Assembly: GCA_032718475.1 (NCBI GenBank)
Contig: JAUCBJ010006854.1
Span: 1 to 64,000 of the forward strand
DNA length: 64,000 nt
From: Nemertoderma westbladi
Taxonomy: Eukaryota; Animalia; Xenacoelomorpha
Direction of reading: 5' to 3'
Shown here one piece after another: positions 60,719 to 64,000 of the stretch. The notes beneath the pieces were generated by a model that was given only the letters and a program-made list of their open reading frames with translations, was not told where the DNA came from and made no database searches. Position numbers and translations under genes: made by a program. The stretch's first letter is position 1; each line of letters begins with the position of its first letter.

Positions 60719-62574
60719 TCTAATCTAATCCACTTGTTCACATAATCTATCTAACTCATAATTACTGTAAATCTTATTTTGCCGTATATTTTATTAATCA
60801 TTAATCTTATTTTAACTTCAGTTTTTTTTTTTATCGCTTTTTATTTTTATTGAATTTCTACCGTTTTATTTTACTACTTATTTTATTTAATTTTCCCATT
60901 GGTTAAAAATTGTATATCGTATTTCCCCAGTTGCCCTATTTTTACTCACATGCTATGCAATCTGTTATGCATTAATCTTTTATCTTCATGTATTTGTATC
61001 GTTTTACTATTGTACTGTATCTGTTTTATTTAATTATCCATTCTCAGTTGTTTTTCTTACCTTTTTTTTAATGAATTTGTACTGTTTTACTTTACTTTTG
61101 TAGGCCTACCTAATTTATTTTATTTTCCAGTAGTTATACAATGTATGTATATCGATCGTATTGTTATGCTCTCACACATTCCGGAATCACAGTTCTCTGT
61201 TGTTCTATTTTACTCACATGTTGTGCAATCCCACTTTAATTATTAATCTACCACTGCGTTGTACATTATATAGCCAATAATCTTATTCTGTTAACACCGT
61301 ATAGATTACTTTTATGCCATTAATTTTTATTTATTTTATCTAGATAGTCCACGTGATATATAAACTTTTATTTACTTTGCGCCATTTTATTGTATTATGG
61401 AGACATGCCGTAAATGCTAAATGTATGTTGCATTCTACCTTATTGTGTGGTTTAAATGTTTTGAGTAATTTTTATATTTTTAAAGTTTAATTTCCGCGTA
61501 CATATCGTGATTTATGGGACCCTATAAGTTCTCAACTTTCTTGTTCCTGTAACTTTTAATAATAATAATAAATAATAATAAAATAATAATTAATCTATTA
61601 GACGTACGATATCGGTACAACTATATCTTCTCATTATATTAACTGTCTGCAATAGTTAATTGTAAGTAATATACATTAGCGACCACCGACCACCTACATT
61701 TAACTAAGTAAAGTGTAACTTATTACTTCAGAATTATGGCTTCTAAAAATAGTCAGACGTTTTGTGTTTGCATTGCGGTTTGCCACATGGCTGGCTGACG
61801 CAAATAATAGCTGATTAAGAGCAAATATTAAACTATATCCTTTGCTTATACAGTATTTACTTTTTCTTTATTATTGTTATGGTGTGAATATCATAATACC
61901 TAAATACAGTATTATTCTTTCATAATTCATACCGGTACTGCTCTGTGGTTTTATCTACGTACGTCCATGTACGTACAATTTAGTGCATGGCACCTTCCAA
62001 CAGACCAACAACGCGCAGGTTCTATCTACTGTGACTGTAGTAGTCTTATGTTTGTATAGTATGATAGTATGTGTGAAATGTGGGGGAGCTCTATGTCTAT
62101 ATCTGTATATGGGATATTTATTTTCATTCATTCCTGTTTTATCTTTTTTTCTCTCTCTTGTCTTGCCAGTCACGCCAGATGACAAAAACACAAAGCTGAA
62201 ACACCCTGTCATCATAAAGTCAACCTATCATTGCAGCATTGTTTCATTTGCTTTGTTGCGTTGTTGTGTCTTGTGTGGTTGGTTGGTACCGGTACCGGTA
62301 CCGGGTGACCGGTACCGACTAACTGCTAACGGCAGAGCCTGCGGTGCAGTACTACCGCTGTACCGGTACTGCTGTACTGGTCAGCTGGTCTGGTAGGCCT
62401 GTCGGGCGTCGGCACTTATTCAGAAATACAGGCAGGCAGGTCCAAGACCTCTCTAGCTAGACAGGGACTCTAGCTGTCTAACTGTAGGCCTATTGTTTTG
62501 CTGATTTGTCCGCAGTATGGTTTCGGGTTTCGCACTTCGGCACTTCATTTAATGTGGTTTAAAATAATACAGTA

Positions 62575-63861
62575 ATGAAGAAATTTACAACTGAGATTGG
62601 AGTTCCCGTGTACGTTTCGTTGAACAAGAATAATTCACAAGCTAAATACCACCGCCTTCCTCAATCTCACCTGGAACCTTCCGTTAAACCGTCGTGTTTA
62701 TCCAGAATGTGTTCCTCAAACCGCAAATCTTATATCTACTTTATATTATTCTGTGGGTTCGTTTTGGCAGCTTGTTTATACATCACGCGACGAATGCCTT
62801 CCTGTTCGGATGAACATTTGGGTCTAGAGGAGGAGAGAGTTTACAATCACATAAAGGATTTATTATACAACACCGGTATGACGGAGGAGAATGGCTTGGT
62901 TCGTTACCACGTCGATATGCTGGACTCTAATAAGCAATTCGACGTGGAAAGCAATGACGTCATAGTGTTTATTCATATACAGAAAACTGGTGGGACGACT
63001 TTCGGAAAACATTTAGTTAACAACTTAGATCTTAAGAAACCGTGTAAATGTCGACGCAAAAAGAAGAAGTGTAAGTGTCTGCGACCTAACAGCGACAACA
63101 GTGTTTGGTTGTTCAGTCGTTTCTCCACGGGTTGGCTGTGCGGCCTGCACGCTGATTGGACGGAGTTGCAGGAATGCGTCCCGGGGGAGCTGGACCGGTT
63201 AGAGCGGGACAAACCCTCGGGGCAGCCGGCCCTACGTCGGTACTACTACGTGACGATGCTACGGGACCCGGTGCCGCGCTATCTTAGCGAGTGGAAGCAC
63301 GTGCAACGGGGGGCAACCTGGAAGACCTCGCGGCACGTGTGCGGGGGGAGGACCCCCACGGCGGAGGAGTTGCCTCCCTGCTACGCCGGAGAGTCGTGGA
63401 AGGGAGTATCTCTACGGGAGTTCATAGATTGCCCCTCTAACTTAGCGCATTCGCGACAGACTAGAATGCTAGCTGATTTATCCCTAGTCGACTGCTACAA
63501 CTTGACTACTTACTCGCCGGAGGACAGATCAACGCTGTTGCTTAGCAGCGCTAAGACTAACCTACTGCGACTCGCATACTTCGGGATCGTTGAGTATCAG
63601 AAAGAGAGTCAGTTCCTTTTCGAACAGACGTTTCATTTTAACTTTATCAGACAGTTCGAGCAGCACTCAGAGACCCACGCCGACAACGCTTACGATTTGG
63701 AGAGCGACGAGGATATGGAGTCGGTGCGGACGATTAATGAGATCGACTCCGAACTCTATCGCTTCGCTAAATCTATTTTCCTTCGAAGAGTCGATATTAT
63801 GAAGAAACTCGCTCTGGATGCAGACGGAGAGTTAGAAGAAGACAGTTTGTTAGCGAGTTAG
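62575..63861 (+). CDS. HS6ST: Heparan-sulfate 6-O-sulfotransferase, single coding exon
   Basis: Type II TM anchor; HIQKTGGTTFG, WLFSRFSTGWLCGLHADWTEL, TMLRDPVPRYLSEWKHVQRGATW, RQTRMLADLSLVDCY. Confidence 0.97.
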   Translation: MKKFTTEIGVPVYVSLNKNNSQAKYHRLPQSHLEPSVKPSCLSRMCSSNRKSYIYFILFCGFVLAACLYITRRMPSCSDEHLGLEEERVYNHIKDLLYNTGMTEENGLVRYHVDMLDSNKQFDVESNDVIVFIHIQKTGGTTFGKHLVNNLDLKKPCKCRRKKKKCKCLRPNSDNSVWLFSRFSTGWLCGLHADWTELQECVPGELDRLERDKPSGQPALRRYYYVTMLRDPVPRYLSEWKHVQRGATWKTSRHVCGGRTPTAEELPPCYAGESWKGVSLREFIDCPSNLAHSRQTRMLADLSLVDCYNLTTYSPEDRSTLLLSSAKTNLLRLAYFGIVEYQKESQFLFEQTFHFNFIRQFEQHSETHADNAYDLESDEDMESVRTINEIDSELYRFAKSIFLRRVDIMKKLALDADGELEEDSLLAS

Positions 63862-64000
63862 CCGCCCAAATAATCAATGTTTATATCATTATGTTAAAAG
63901 TAACACTATTCAGTGTTTATGGCCCGACTGTATTTATGTAAATATGTTTAACATGAATAGAGTAGACCGGGTCATAAACGCTGAATACGTAATTTTGTGA

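Larger units (their letters stand above)
56756..61590 (+). mobile_element. Near full-length CR1-clade LINE
   Basis: ORF1 + ORF2, an ~850-bp T-rich 3' UTR and an (AAT)n tail at ~61558-61590; the 5' boundary is not resolved. Confidence 0.9.

Noticed and set aside
61983-62396. 137-aa hydrophobic ORF upstream of HS6ST
   Set aside because: GTG start, T-rich low complexity and (GGTACC)n-derived sequence; more likely promoter, UTR or intron.

Overview
AT-rich animal (invertebrate-looking) nuclear DNA; I cannot assign the species from sequence. Left to right: (1) about three head-to-tail copies of a ~2.97-kb non-coding unit (1-8530); (2) a degenerate minus-strand Bel/Pao LTR retrotransposon with a frameshift, a premature stop and a deleted integrase (~9090-19600); (3) a 15.4-kb array of a 28-bp satellite built from about six discrete variants (19611-35057); (4) a gene block containing a 3-exon IKKalpha/beta-type kinase and single-exon torsin, GCDH, PIG-H and HS6ST, interspersed with MITEs, a tRNA-SINE, RTE and CRE LINE fragments and a near-intact CR1 LINE. 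The two strongest signals are a ~0.55-kb insert at 52836-53382 carrying a tRNA-like Pol III head fused to a minimal type I hammerhead ribozyme in Penelope/retrozyme-like architecture, and a CR1 LINE whose ORF1 and ORF2 are in frame and separated only by a TGA-CTAG readthrough-type stop. All calls were made by eye; no searches or folding programs were run.
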